64,000 bases of DNA from the human T2T-CHM13v2.0 reference genome, Homo sapiens (GCF_009914755.1 NC_060947.1), one strand, 5' to 3'. Numbered from the stretch's first letter, positions 1-15,792 are shown. The notes: generated from the sequence alone by a model not told the origin. Program-made: numbers and translations.

Positions 1-1730
<1,730 letters not shown>

Positions 1731-3092
1731 CACGTCTGTGTTGGCAAGGGTTTAACATCTATGTTATGTGATACAATCATTGTAAAGTCTTCTGAACTTT
1801 CTCCATCAAAATGAAAGATCCCGTTTCTCTCTTTAGAATGAACTTTCATAATTCAAAAGGATGTTTCTAGTATCAAGAGAAAATGGATTTATTTTCTTAT
1901 ATTTTATCAATTGTTTCAACTAATGGAATATTATAGTTTGTTTTATAATTGAGGTATTAATTTTATAGAAAATTTCCCCCAGAGTTCCCATTGGTTTATA
2001 TTTGTATCATCTGCCTTTCAAGTTTTTATTAAATATTAAGCATATATCAAATAATATTTATAAAAATTAAATATTTAATGTAAATTAAACTTCATATTTC
2101 ATTAAATGTGTATTTTCTTGTGCCTTTAATATAAAATATGAGATACTTTGGAAATGTTAATATATATATTATAATTAAAACTATATATTGATAGTTACTA
2201 ATTTATAATATTAAAACTAATGTTAAATATAAATAGTTTATAAACAATATCTGTAAATTTGTTAACATATACTATTGTTATATATTAAGTAGTTCAATAT
2301 ATATTAAACACAATTTATAAGTTTTCAAGATTAGTGATAATGTGAACATCCATTTATTCATTCATATTTGAAAAAAATAAAACATTACACTTAAATTTGT
2401 AATCTAATTTACAAATTAAATTAGATTTGTAGGGAAGTCCCTCCTACCATTTCCTTCTGTTTAGCTTCATAGGCAAACACTAACATGAATTTAATATTTG
2501 TCATATCTCGCCTTTTCATAGAGGTTTAACATACATATTGAATTCCCAATACATATTGTTTAAGTTTGCATGTTTGGAGTCTCTATATAAATTGAATCAC
2601 AATTCTCTATGAATCCATAACATTTATTTTTTCTTCCTGTCATTTCCTTCAGCAAAATCATTTATGTTTTCATAATCTTTACATTCACATAATTTGTCTC
2701 TGATAACCTTAAGCCAAAGGATTAAAAATAATATTTAAATATAATTGCATTCATAGTATACAAAATTTTATTTACTTGCTGTAAAATTAATTACATTTTT
2801 TAAATACAAAAATAAAATTGTCTTCACATGTTTTTAAGTAAGTATTTTATTATAGAAGTCAAAATTGTGTATCAAATTTAAAAAACATAATACAATTACT
2901 AATGGGTGTCAAAGTATTAAACTCAAAATTATTTAAAAAGTGATGAATTTTTAAATTTTTTTCAAAACTTAAATTATAACAAATACTTTATACAAATAAA
3001 ACTATTCACAGTTACAGAGTTTAGTGGTTTAATGTTCATGTGTTTGCCAAAAGAAAGGATTGGGTGATGATTCATGCATGTTACATCTATAC

Positions 3093-3316
3093 TAGTGGTT
3101 CTAAATTTGGGGTTGGGGGGCAGGGGTTGCTGCCCAGGAGATGTTTGGCAATGTCTGGAGATATTATTTTTTGTTTTTACAACTTGCGGGTGATGCTACT
3201 GGCACCTAATGAGTTCAAGCCAGGGATGCTGCTAAACATCCTACAATCCACAGGATAGCCCCTCTAAGCAAATCTTTGACCTAAAATGTCAGTAGAGTCA
3301 AGGTTGAGAAATCCTG
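3093..3316 (+). mobile_element. MER20 (hAT-Charlie non-autonomous DNA transposon)
   Basis: tagtggttct...tttggcaatgtctggaga...ccagggatgctgctaaacatcctacaat...aggttgagaaatcctg matches the recalled MER20 consensus end to end. Confidence 0.85.
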
Positions 3317-3599
3317 ACCGAGACCTAGATATATTCCTGGCACATAGCTGTCATCCAGGGATCTTTTCTCACCATCATCTTCAATAGTCCCGCTGCCTGT
3401 TTTGTGTTTTGGATCTCCAGTTTACTTTGTCCTCAAGTTTTCCGTTTTTTTATTTGTTTGTTTTTTTCTTGATTACTCATTATTTTTAATGGAGCACATG
3501 CTCCACTGGGATGCCAAGAAAGAAGGGATGTTTTGTAAAAACTCTTCCAACTGAGTACCCAAGACACTGTTTCCTATCTGTTTTTTATGGCTCTCACCT

Positions 3600-3877
3600 G
3601 CTCATCCTGTACATCTTAGCTTAAGTGCATACTTTTTCTCTGCGGATTTAGTAAGCTTACACTTGCTATGTCCTTTTATAGTGCTCAGTACCTTTCCTGG
3701 ATAGCATTACATTATATATTTATCTATTTAATTGTTTTTTCAATATTTTTCTTCCCTGATAGACCATAAACTTCATAATAGCAAGGCTCATCTCAGCTTT
3801 ATTATCCGCAATGTCTATCACAGGGGCTGGCACATTGTATTCAGTAGTTATTGCTCCACTGAATTAATGAGTAAATA
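3600..3877 (+). mobile_element. L2 3' end fragment
   Basis: Decayed L2 terminus (gctggcacattgtattcagtagttattg...gaattaatgagtaaat). Confidence 0.55.
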
Positions 3878-4146
3878 ATTTGGTGTAATAGTAATGGTAC
3901 TAGAAGGCTTCCAAATAAAAAGTTGCAAGTTTTTAATATCCAGTATTCTAATAGTACTTGATATTTATATCAATGTGTTATTATTCTCTCGTAAAACTAT
4001 AAATATGTCTTCATCTGGCATTCCTTAGATACTTGCCATTATTAACACAGTTTATGAATATTTTATATAATAATACAATTCCTCAAATTGACATTAGGCT
4101 TATAAAGGACATCCATATAAATATAAATTGATCAGTTTGTTTGTTA

Positions 4147-4860
<714 letters not shown>

Positions 4861-4864
4861 ATGC

Positions 4865-5035
4865 TTACCATGTAAGTTCAGCATTCTGAGTACTTGTGAG
4901 TTTTGACTCATTTTGTCCACAAAGCAACCGTATTCAACTATTCAACAAGAACCACTAGTAAGTGGCAGAGTTGAGATTCACACCGAGTAAGTTTGGCCTC
5001 AGAGTTCACACTCTTCATCACTCTGCTATTCTGTC
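4865..5035 (-). mobile_element. MIR fragment
   Basis: ctagtaagtggcagagttgagattcacaccgag...ctcttcatcactctgctat is the MIR core in reverse. Confidence 0.55.
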
Positions 5036-5090
5036 TCCCTCCATTGTTCAGTAGAGAACTTCATGCACAATATGAACAAATTGACTACCT

Positions 5091-5129
5091 TTCTCTCTCT
5101 CTCTCTGTCTCTCTGTCTCTCTCTCTCTC
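5091..5129. repeat. (TC)n microsatellite
   Basis: Imperfect tctctc/tgtctc run. Confidence 0.9.
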
Positions 5130-5799
5130 ACTAATGCATATATACATGAGAGAATGTGCAGTTTGAGCTTGTATGGTAAACTAAAATTATGTTAATCCTC
5201 AAAAGTATCATTTTTGTCTTTGCCTAGATCCATTTTCTTTGATTGACCATGCAATCAACTTGTTCTCTTACTCAAGTGGTCTCCTCTATTCCAAGCCAGT
5301 CTATTCTAACCTGGTTACTTCCTGGCTTTTGAGCCAATCTGTTAAAGCAGAAATTTCCTCCACTTATAAATCCTCAATGCCCCAGAGTTTCTTGGAGTCT
5401 CAAGGAAGTTTCTCACATCTTCTCATAAAAATGTTTGTTGTTCTACTATATAGTGCCCACGATGTATTTCTGTTCTCTTTTGTCCTTCTGTCCTCTACCG
5501 TGTATCAGTGTATCCATGAGGAATGGCCATGTCTGTCACGTATCTTAGCCTCCAAAAATGCACTACTGCTGTGTTTTCAGCTTCAAATGAAGAGATGGGA
5601 GAGTGGATAATACTTGGAATTGCCCCTCTCCCCTGACAACTATGAAGTTGTTACGGATCAAGTGACTTGTCTGGTTCTCACCTCCCTCAGGCTGAGTTCT
5701 CTTTTAGAGTCCAGTCCCAGATCCTAATCCACATAGCTATCTGTTGTTCCATGCATACCAGTATCCTAACATTGGTGGCTATAATAATGTTCAAACTAT

Positions 5800-6232
5800 A
5801 TGTTTTAGGCTACATTTCCTGGAAATTAATTCTGAGATGGAGTTTTGCTGGCAGGATATTGACTGGTGACTGCCCTCAGGGTCGAAATCTGTGATAGAGT
5901 GAGCATAGCCTCAAGGAGTAGAGGGATATGTTAAACTGCAGTAAAGAGAAGCCTGGTTACCCTTGGAGGGCTGGGGAGCTGGAATGGCTCTTCAGTGTTT
6001 AGTGTATTCAGCTAAAAGATGCAAGTGGGCTGGGTCTTTTACTCCTGGATACATCAGTCATTGGATGCTCTGTCTATAACCTTAGGTGAGGCATTTCCCC
6101 TTTGTCTGAGGATGATTCTTTGGGGGAGTCTCTGCTATAAGCTGTCATCAGGTAATAGTCCCAACAGCAGGGGGAATGATTGCCTTAGTCCTGACTCAGT
6201 CTTGCAGGGAACATCTGAGTGGCACCTCACAA
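5800..6232 (-). mobile_element. LTR16/LTR33-like (ERVL) solo LTR
   Basis: ctgagatggagttttgctggcagga...cagtcattggatg...accttaggtgaggca...ggcacctcacaaca. Confidence 0.55.
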
Positions 6233-6293
6233 CATGGCCTTAAAATACTCCCTATTGTATTTCTTTGGTTCTGGATATTTTTTCTCTGTGCTC

Positions 6294-6295
<2 letters not shown>

Positions 6296-6359
<64 letters not shown>

Positions 6360-6387
6360 TGCTTTTGCTATTAGGACGCTAATGCCC

Positions 6388-6437
<50 letters not shown>

Positions 6438-6468
6438 TGCTTTTGCTATTAGGACGCTAATGCCCTTA
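6296..6468. repeat. Tandem duplication of a (CA)n microsatellite plus 34-bp flank
   Basis: (CA)30-cgatgcttttgctattaggacgctaatgccctta-(CA)22-cgatgcttttgctattaggacgctaatgccctta. Confidence 0.97.
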
Positions 6469-7082
6469 ACCCTTTTACTCTGCCTGTCCTGAGTATGGTG
6501 TTTTTCATTTACAAAGTTTACAAAACATTCCGGCTTCAGGCAAATAAAAATATTATCTTCTGAGATGAGTGTTATCTGGAAGACATGTGTAACTCACATG
6601 TGCTCTTCCTGCATGATGGATTCCTTTCTTTCAATAGAGCTGGGACAGGATGCTTAATAGCCAAAGGCTGCCTCACCGAAGCCACTGAATGTGAGAAACA
6701 CAACTCCCAACAGAAAGAATTCTAAATAAGCTTTTTTTGGTGAGTATTTCTGAGAATAATCATCTACTCCCCATTGTCCTATTTCTGCCCCTTGTCTCTC
6801 ATTCTGTTCCTCAGTGCTGTAGATCTCTGACAAGTGTTAGGGCAATGAAGAAATCAAACACATAGACTTTAAGAAGGTAACAGCTTATGCACCTCTTCTA
6901 AATATTTGCATATGAAAACATGAAACCCTTCGGTGAATTTTGGGGCTGTGAGGCAACAATGAATGAAGGCTTTCTATACATTAGATTGTAAGAAGGAGGA
7001 TGCCATTCCCAATGCCCCTTAAAAGACACAATGTAGGTAAATTCTGATTCCCATACACGATTGACCTGCTAACTTTGTAAAT

Positions 7083-10066
7083 TTTTTTTATTTTTAACTT
7101 TTGTGGGTACATATCACGTCTATATACTTATGGGGTACATGAGATATTTTGGTATGGGCATGCAATGCATAATAATCACATCCTAGAAAATGCAATATCC
7201 GTTCCCTCCAGCATTCGTCCTTTGAGTCACAAAAAATCCAATTATACTCTTTTAATTATTTTTAAATATGCAATTAAATTATTATTGACTATAGTTCCCC
7301 TGTTGTGCTGTCAAATACTAGGTCTTACTCATTCTTTCTATTTTTTTTGTACCCAGTAACCATCCCACCTTCCCCGCCCTGTACCCCCACTGCCATTCCC
7401 AGCCTATTGTAACCATCCTTCTACTTTCTATTTCCCTGAGTTCAATTGTTTTGATTTTTAGATCCCATAAACAAGTGAGAATGTGTGATGTTTGTCTTTC
7501 TGTGCTGGCCTTATTTTACTTAACATCAGGACCTCCAATTCCATCCATGTTGCTGCAAATGAAAAGATATCATTATTTGTTATGGCTGAATAGTACTCCA
7601 TTGTTTATAAATACCACATTTTATTTATCCATTTATCTGTTGGTGGACACTTAGGTTAATTCCAAATCTTGGCTATTGTGAACAGTGCTGCAACAAACAT
7701 AGAGTGCAGACCTCATTTTGATATACTGATTTCCTTTTTTTGGGTATATATCCAGCAGTGGGATGGCTTGGTCATATACTAGCTCTATTTTCGTTTTTCT
7801 GAGGGTCCTCCTAACTGTTCTCCATAGTGGTCGTATTGATTTACATTCCCACAGTGTACAAGTGTTCTCTTTTCTCCACATCCTCACCAGAATTCTTTAT
7901 TTCCTGTCTTTTGGATAAAAGCCATTTTAACTGGGGTGAGGTGATTCCTCATTATAGCTTTGATTTGCGTTTCTCTGATGATCAATGATGCTGAGCACCT
8001 TTTCATACGCCTGTTTGCCATTTGTGTGTCTTCTTTTGAGGAATGTCTATTCAAATTGTTTGCTTATTTTTGATTGGATTAATAGAATTTTTTCTATAAA
8101 GTTGTTTGAGCTCTGTATATATTCTCATTATTAACCCTTTGTCAGATGGATAGTTTGCAAATATTTTCTTACATTCTGTGAGTTATCTCTTCACTTTGTT
8201 GATTGTTTCCTTGGCTGTGTGAAGCTTTTTAACTTGATGTGATCCCATTTGTCCATTTTGCTTTGGTTGCCTGTGCTCTTGTGATATTACTCAAGAAATT
8301 TTTGCACAGACCAAAGTCCTGGAGAGCTTCCCTGATGTTTTCTTGTAGTAGTTTCATAATTTCAGGTTATATATTTAAGTATTTAATCTATTTTTATTTG
8401 AATTTTGTATATGGTGAGAGATAGGGGTCTAGTTTCATTCTTCTGCATCTGGATATCTAGTTTTCCCAGCAACATTTATTGAAGAGACTATCTTTTCCCC
8501 AGTGTATGTTCTTGGTACCTTTGTCAAAAATGAGTTCACTGTAGGCGTGTGGATTTGTTTATACATTCTCTATTCTGTTCCACTGGTCTGTGTCTGTTTT
8601 TAAGCGTGTACCATGCTGTTTTGCTGTAGTATAAGTTGAACTCAGGTAATGTGATTCCTCCAGTTTTGTTTTTTTTTTCCTCAGGATAGCTTTGGCTATT
8701 CTGGGCCTTTTGTAACTCCATAGAAATCTTAGGATTGTTTTTTCTATTTCTGTGAAGAATGTCATTGGTATTTTGATAAGGATTGCATTGAATCTGTAGA
8801 TTTCTTTGGATAGTATGGACATTTTAACAATATTGATCTTCTAATTTATGAATGTTGAATATATTTCCTTGTTTTGATTCCTCTTCAATTGCTTTCATCA
8901 GTATTTTATAGTTTTCATTGCAGGGATGTTTCACTTCTTTGGTTACATTAATTCCTAGGTATTTAAATTTATTTGTGGTTATTGTAAATGGGATAACTTT
9001 TTTATTTTTTTCGCATTGTTCACTGTTAGCATATATCAACCCTACTAATTTTTGTATGTTGATTTTGCATCCTGCAACTTTACTGAATTTGTTTATTAAT
9101 TCTAATAGTTTTCTTGTGGAATATTTAGGTTTCTCCAAATGTAAGAGCATATCATCTGCAAACAGGGATAGTTTTACTTCTTCCTTTCTAATTTGGATGC
9201 CCTTTATATCTTTCTCTTGTCAGATTGCTCTAGCTAAGACTTCTCATACCAGGTTAAATAACAGTGGTGAAAGTGGGCATCCTTCTCATGCTCCAGATCT
9301 TAGAGTAAAGGATTTAAGTTTTCCCCCACTCAGTATGATATTAGCTTTTAATCTGTCATATATGCCTTTTATTATGTTGAGATATGTTCCTTATATACCT
9401 AGGTTTTTGAGGGGTTTTATCATGAAGGGATGTTGAATTTTATTAAATGCTTTTGCAGCATCAATTGAAATGATCATATGGTTTTTGTGCTTCATTCTGT
9501 TGATACAATGTATCACATTGATTGATTTGTATATTTTGAACCATTCTTGCATCCCAGAGATAAATCCCACTTGGACATGATCAATTGTCTTTTAATGGAT
9601 TGTTGAATTCGATTTGCTACTATTTTGTTGACCATTTTTGCATCAATATTTATTAGAAATATTAGCCTGTAGTTTTCTCTTTTTTTGATGTGTCTTTGTC
9701 TGGTTTTAATATCCAGGTAATACTAGGCTCATAGAATGAATTTGGAAGTATTCCCTTCTCCTCTGTTATTAAGAACAATTTGAGTAGGATTGGTATTAGT
9801 TCTTAAATTCAGCAGTGAAGATATCAGGTCCCGGGCTTTTCTTTACTGGGAGACTTTTATTACAGCTTCAGTCTCTTTACTTGTTAGTGGTCTGTTAATG
9901 TCTTGGATTTCTTCATGGTTCAGTCTTGGTAGGTTATATGTATCTAGGAATTTATCCATTTCTTCTAGATATTCCAATTTATTGGCATATAGTTGCTCAT
10001 AATTTCCACTAATGATCCTTTGAATTTCTGTAATATCAGTTGTAATATCTTACTTTTCATCTCTGA
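7083..10066 (-). mobile_element. LINE-1 (L1MA1-3-like), 5'-truncated, ~3 kb
   Basis: T-rich tail at ~7083 and L1MA-type 3'UTR. Frameshifted ORF2 peptides (KLLELINKFSKVAGCKINIQK; [21 protein letters not shown]). Confidence 0.93.
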
Positions 10067-11912
10067 CGAAAAAAATTGAAGTCAATGCAAAAAAGGAAAG
10101 ATATTCTATGTTCATGTATTGAAAGAATCAATATTGTAAAAATGTCTATACTATCCAAAGCAACCAACAGAATCAATGCAATTCCTATCAATATACCAAT
10201 GATATTCTTCACAGAAATAGAAAAAATATATAAAATTTATTTGGAACCACAAAAGGCCCAGAATAGACAAAGCTGTCCTGAGCAAAAAGAACAAAATTGG
10301 AAGCATTGCATTACCTGACTTTAAATTATACTACAAAGCTCTAGTAAACAAAACAGCATGCTATTGACATAAAAACAGACATATGGACCAGTGGGACCGA
10401 ATAGAGAACCCAGAAGTAACCCACGCATTTAGTCAACTCATCTTTGACAAATGCACCCAGAACATACATTGGAGAAAGGACAGTCTCTTCAATAAATGGT
10501 ATTGGGAAAACTGGATATCCATATACAGAAGAATAAAACTAGACCTGTATCTCTCACCATATACAAAAATCAAATAAAACCGGATTAAAAACTTAAATCT
10601 AAAACCTGAAACTATGAAACTGCTAGAAGAAAACTTTGGGAAAACACTCCAGGACATTAGTGTGGTAATGATTTCTTGAGTAAGATCTCAAAAGCACAGG
10701 CAACAAAAGCAAAAATGGACAAATGGGGTCACATCAGCCTACAAAGTTTCTGCACACCAAGGGAAGCAATTAATAGAGTGAAGAGACAATCTACAAAATA
10801 GAAGAAAAAGTTGCAAAGTATCAAACTGACAAGAGATTAATAACCAGAATATATAAGGAACTGAAACAACTTAGTAGCAAAAAATCAAATAATCCAATTA
10901 AAAATGGGCAGAAACTCTGAATACACATTACTCAAAAGAAGACATACAAATGGGCATTAAGTGTATGAAAAAAGGCTCAACGTCACTAATAATCAGGGAA
11001 ATGCAAGTCAAAACTACAATGAGATAGCATCTTACTCCAGTTAGAAAGGCTTTTTTCTGAAAGACAGGCAATAACAGATGCTGGCGATGATGTGGAGAGA
11101 TGGGAACCCTTGTACACTGTTGGTGGGAATGTAAATTAGTATAGCCACTATGGAAAACAGTAAGGAGATTCCTCTAAAAACTAAAAATAGAACTACCATA
11201 TGATCCAAGAATCCCATTGGGTATATACCCAAAGGAAAATAAAGTCAGTGTATCTAAGAGATATCTGCACTCCCATGTTCGTTGCAGCATTATTCACAAT
11301 AGCCAAGATATGGAATCAACCTAAATGTCCTTCAATGAATGATTAGATAAAGAAGATGTGGTAAAGAAGACATATACACAATGGAATAATATTCAGTTAT
11401 ATAAAAGAAGGAAATACTGTCATTTGCAACAATACAGATAGAACCGGAGGACAAAATGTTAAGTGAAATAAGCCAAGCACAGAAAGATAATGTTGCATGT
11501 TCTCACTCATATGTGGAAGCTAAAACAACTGAACTCCTGGAGATGGAAAGTAGAATGATGGCTACTAGAAGCTAGAAAGAGGGGAGAGTGGTGTGTGGGA
11601 ATAAAGAGTGAGTGGTATATTGGTACAAAAATATACCTAGATAGAAGGAATAAGATCTAGTGTTTGGTAGCACAATGGAGTGACGATATTTAACAATAAT
11701 TTGTTGTGTATTTTAAAATAACTGCAGAAGTAGATACGAAATGTTCCCCAAACAAAGTAATGATAAATTTTTGAGGTGATGGATATCCTAACAAACCAGA
11801 TTTGGTCGTCACACACTATATTCTTATATTAAAATATCACACATATCCCATAAATATGTGTAACTATTATGTATCCATAAAAATTAAAAGAAAAAAATAA
11901 AAATTTAAAAAA
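10063..11912 (+). mobile_element. LINE-1 (L1MA3/4-like), 5'-truncated, head-to-head with the previous L1
   Basis: ORF2 peptides ([13 protein letters not shown]; [16 protein letters not shown]), L1MA 3'UTR, A-rich tail at ~11878-11912. Confidence 0.93.
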
Positions 11913-12288
11913 GAACCTACTCTCATCTAGTTGTTTATTTTAGTTCTAGGAAAATCGTGAGGAAGAGGACCAAATAAATGTCTTTTGGACAATACAACAA
12001 TAGGAAGAGGTAAATTAACCCTGTTTGGTTTATTAGTTATGGAACTGCTCATCACTGTACAAGTGATTTTTCATGTAAGTTTAAAATTATTTAGTAAGCA
12101 GATGATTTTCTTTAGCTTCAATATATATGTTAAAAGTGTTTGCAGACAACCTGAGATTCCTCTTTATTTATAACTATTTGCAAATTGCAGCCAACTGCAA
12201 GTTAAAGATTAATATATCGAAGTCACACTTCTTTGTTTATCTAGGAACTATAGGTTATGGCATGCAACTTAACCCTGTGATGTTCAAG

Positions 12289-13740
12289 TTTTTTAAAAAA
12301 ATATTTTTTAATTATTATGGATATGAAATAGGTGTATATATTTACTGGATATATGTGATATTTTGATATAGGTGTACAATGTGCAATAACCAAATCAGAG
12401 TAATTGGGATATCCATCACCTTAAGCATTTGACATTTATTTGTTTTAGGAACATTCTAATTCCACTGTTTTGGTTATTTTAAAATACACAAGTTGTTGTT
12501 GACTATAGTCACCCCGCTGTGCTATGAAATACTAGATCTTATTCATTCTTTCTAACTATATTTTTGTACAAATTAACCATCCCCACTTCCTCCCCACCCT
12601 TCCCAGTCTCTGGTAACCATCATTCTACTCTCTGTCTCCATGAATTCAGTTGTTTTAATTTTTAGTTCCCACAAATGAGTGAAACCATGTGAAGTGTGTC
12701 TAGCTTATTTCACTCAACATAATGTCCTCCAGTTCCATTCATGTTGTTGCAAATGACAAGATTCCCTTCTTTTATGGCTGAATAACATTCCATTTTGTAT
12801 ATGTACCATATTTTCTTATCCAGTCCAATGTTGGTGGATACTTAGTTTGACTTCCAATCTTGGCTATTATGAGTAGTGCTGCAATAAATATGGGAGTGCA
12901 GATATCTCTTTGATATACTGATTTTCTTCCTTTGGATATATACCTAGCAGAGGTATTGCTGGATCATTTGGTAATTCTATTTTTAGTTTTTTGAGAAACC
13001 TCCACACTGCTTTCCACAGTGGCTCTACGAATTTATATTCCTACCAACAGTGTATCAGGGTAACCCTTCCTCCACATCCCCGCCAGCATCCGTTATTGCC
13101 TGTGTTTTGAATGAAAGTCATTTTAACTGGGGTAATATGATAGCTCATTGTAGTTTTGATTTTCATTTTTTGATGATTAATAATATTGAACATTTTTTCA
13201 TATACATACTTGGCCATTTGTATGTCTTCTTTTCAGAAATGTCTGTTCAGATCTTTTTGCCCATTTTTAAATTAGATTATTTGTTTTCTTCCTATTGAGT
13301 TGTTTGAGCTCCTTATATATTCTGGTTATTGATCTTGTCAGATGGCGAGTTTGCAAATCTTTTCTTTCATTCTACATGTTGTCTGATCACTTTTTTTATG
13401 GCTTCCCTTGCTGTGCAAAAGCTTTTTAACTTAATGTGGTCCTGTTTGTCCATTTTTGCTTCTGTTGCCTGTACTTTTGAGGTCTTACTCAAGAAATTAT
13501 GTGCCCAGACAGCGCTTCCTCAATGTTTTCTTTCACAGTTTCATAGTTTAAAGTTTTGGATATACATCTTTAGCCTATCTTGGTTTAATTTTTGTATATG
13601 GTGAGAGAGAGGGGTCTAGTTTCATTCTTCTGTGTGTGGATGTCCAGTTTTCCCAGCACCATTTATTGAAGAGATTGTCCTTTCCCCAATGTATGTTCTT
13701 GGCACCTTTGTGAGTTCACTGTAGATGTGTAGATTTATTA
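12289..13740 (-). mobile_element. LINE-1 (L1MA3/4-like) 3' fragment
   Basis: L1MA-type 3'UTR followed by ORF2 3' sequence (ccagttttcccagcaccatttattgaagaga). Confidence 0.9.
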
Positions 13741-13974
13741 GTATTTTGTACAGAATAATTTTTCCCATGATTAAACCAGTGAGGAGCACTAAAGTCATCA
13801 CAATAATTGACAGTGACTCAATGCAGGGAAGGCTTTCATTGTGAATCTAGGTCAAAGTGAAATAGTGGCACTTACTTTCAAAATTATCTGGCATGATTGC
13901 TATAACATTTTTAGAACTTTTTTCCATAAGCGTTTTAGCTCTTCGACTGGAAATTATGCAGGTAAAATGACTAT

Positions 13975-14077
13975 TTTATATACATATGCATACATATATA
14001 TTTATGTATATAGACCCTTCATAAATACATATATAAATACATATATATACATAAATATATATGTATACGTACATATA
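13975..14077. repeat. Degenerate (TA)n / TACATA simple repeat
   Basis: tatacatatgcatacatatatattt...atatatatacataaatatat. Confidence 0.75.
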
Positions 14078-14081
14078 GTTA

Positions 14082-15383
14082 TGAGGGGTCTTCTAAAAAT
14101 TTATGGAAAATGCATGTTATGAAAAAATATGTGTGGATTTCAAATCTTTTGGCACCAAAATAAATGTACTAAATTTTTATAACACGTCTGAACAAGATCT
14201 AGTTCAAGGCACTAAGAAGGATACATTCTATCAGAACAACATGAATTCTGCTAGAATTGAAGCAAAAACAAACATCAAATTCATGGTGAATCTTGGGTAT
14301 AAGAATAGTGAAATCATTCACCATGAAAAGTTTATAGTGAAAGTGTCCCCAAAGAAATCAGCAGTTTACAAATGAATAACTTGTTTTAAGAAGGGACAGG
14401 ACAATGTTGAATTTGAAGCCTGTAGCAGCACACCATCAGCTTGGCAGACGTCAATTTATGAGGAAAAATTAAACCTGTTTGTACCTTAACTGAAGAGTAC
14501 CAACGATTAACAGCAGAAACAATCACTGACACCATAGACATCTCAGTTGGTTCAGATTACACCATTCTGACTGAAAAATTAAAGTTGAGTAAACTTTTCA
14601 TGCGCTGGTTGCCAAAACTGTTGCACCCAGATCAGCTGCAGTCAAGGGCAGAGCTTTCAATGGAAATTTTTAAACAAATTGAATCAAGATCCTGAAGTAT
14701 TTCTACATAGAATTGTAACAGGAGATGAAACATGGCTTTATCACTATGATCCTAAAGACAAAGCACAATCATAGCAATGGCTACTGGTGCAACAACAGCT
14801 AACACCAATGGCTAACAGGTGGAAGTGGTCCAGTGAAAGCAAAAGGAGACAGGTCAAGAGCAAAGGTCATAGCTACAATTTTGGGGGGATGCTTAAGCCA
14901 TTTTGATTGTTAACTTTCTGAAAGGCCAAAGAATGATAATGTCTGCTTATTATGAGAGTTTTGAGAAAATTAGCCAAAGTACTAGCAGAAAAACTCCCCA
15001 GGAAAGCTTCACCAGAGAGTCTTTCTCCACTATTACAATGCTCCTGCTTATTCCTCTCAAAAAACAAGGGCAATTTTGCAAGAATTTCAATGGGAAATCA
15101 TTAGGCATCCAACTTATAGTTCTGATTTTGCTCCTTCTGATTTCGTTTTGCTTCCTAATTTTAAAAAATCTTTAAAGGGTACCCACTTTTCTTCAGTTCA
15201 TAATGTAAAAAAGACTGTATTAATATGGTTAAATTTCCAGGACTCTCAGTTCTGTAGGGTTGGACTAAATACTGTTGTTTGTAAAGGTGTCTGGAACTTG
15301 ATGGAGCTTGTGTTGAAAAATAAAGTTTTTTTGATTTTTATCTTTTCATTCCAATTTTTCATGAAATGTTTGAAGTCCCTTCA
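14082..15383 (+). mobile_element. HSMAR2 mariner DNA transposon, full length (~1.3 kb)
   Basis: TA flanks at 14080-81 and 15384-85. Imperfect ~29-bp TIRs (tgaggggtcttctaaaaatttatggaaaa vs reverse complement tgaagggacttcaaacatttcatgaaaaa). Internal mariner transposase motifs. Confidence 0.93.
14241..15330 (+). pseudogene. Degenerate mariner (HSMAR2) transposase
   Basis: MNSARIEAKTNIKFMV at 14241; RWLPKLL (WVP-like motif); IVTGDETW at 14712-14735; HPTYSSDFAPSDF (YSPDLAPSD-like) at 15106-15144. Interrupted by stops and frameshifts. Confidence 0.9.
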
Positions 15384-15573
15384 TATACGATACACAATAT
15401 TGACTTAATATTATGACATGTCAAAGGTTAAGACAGTGGCTCTGAAGGTCTGAACTTTGGGAAATAAGTTTTATATATATATATATATATATTCTTTTTC
15501 ATTTTGTGTGTGTATACATTTATATTTAACATGTGTATACATATGTCCATATGTTTATGTACATACCTTTGTT

Positions 15574-15792
15574 TTATTTAGGTTATATCTGTATAACCTA
15601 AATAATATAGGTTATATCTGTATAACCTAAATAATATAGGTTATATCTGTATAACCTAAATAATATAGGTTATATCTGTATAACCTAAATAATATAGGTT
15701 ATATCTGTATAACCTAAATAATATAGGTTATATCTGTATAACCTAAATAATATAGGTTATATCTGTATAACCTAAATAATATAGGTTATATA
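15574..15792. repeat. 29-bp palindromic minisatellite, 7 perfect copies plus a partial copy
   Basis: Unit taggttatatctgtataacctaaataata; ggtt recurs at 15581, 15610, 15639, 15668, 15697, 15726, 15755 and 15784. Confidence 0.98.

Noticed and set aside
6176-6492. His-Thr repeat proteins
   Set aside because: Translation of the (CA)n tracts.
7083-11912. Twin-priming 5' inversion of a single L1
   Set aside because: Both arms have their own 3'UTR and tail and cover the same ORF2 region.
15574-15792. CRISPR-like array of 29-bp palindromic repeats
   Set aside because: Units are head-to-tail with no unique spacers, there are no cas genes, and the context is primate DNA. It is a minisatellite.
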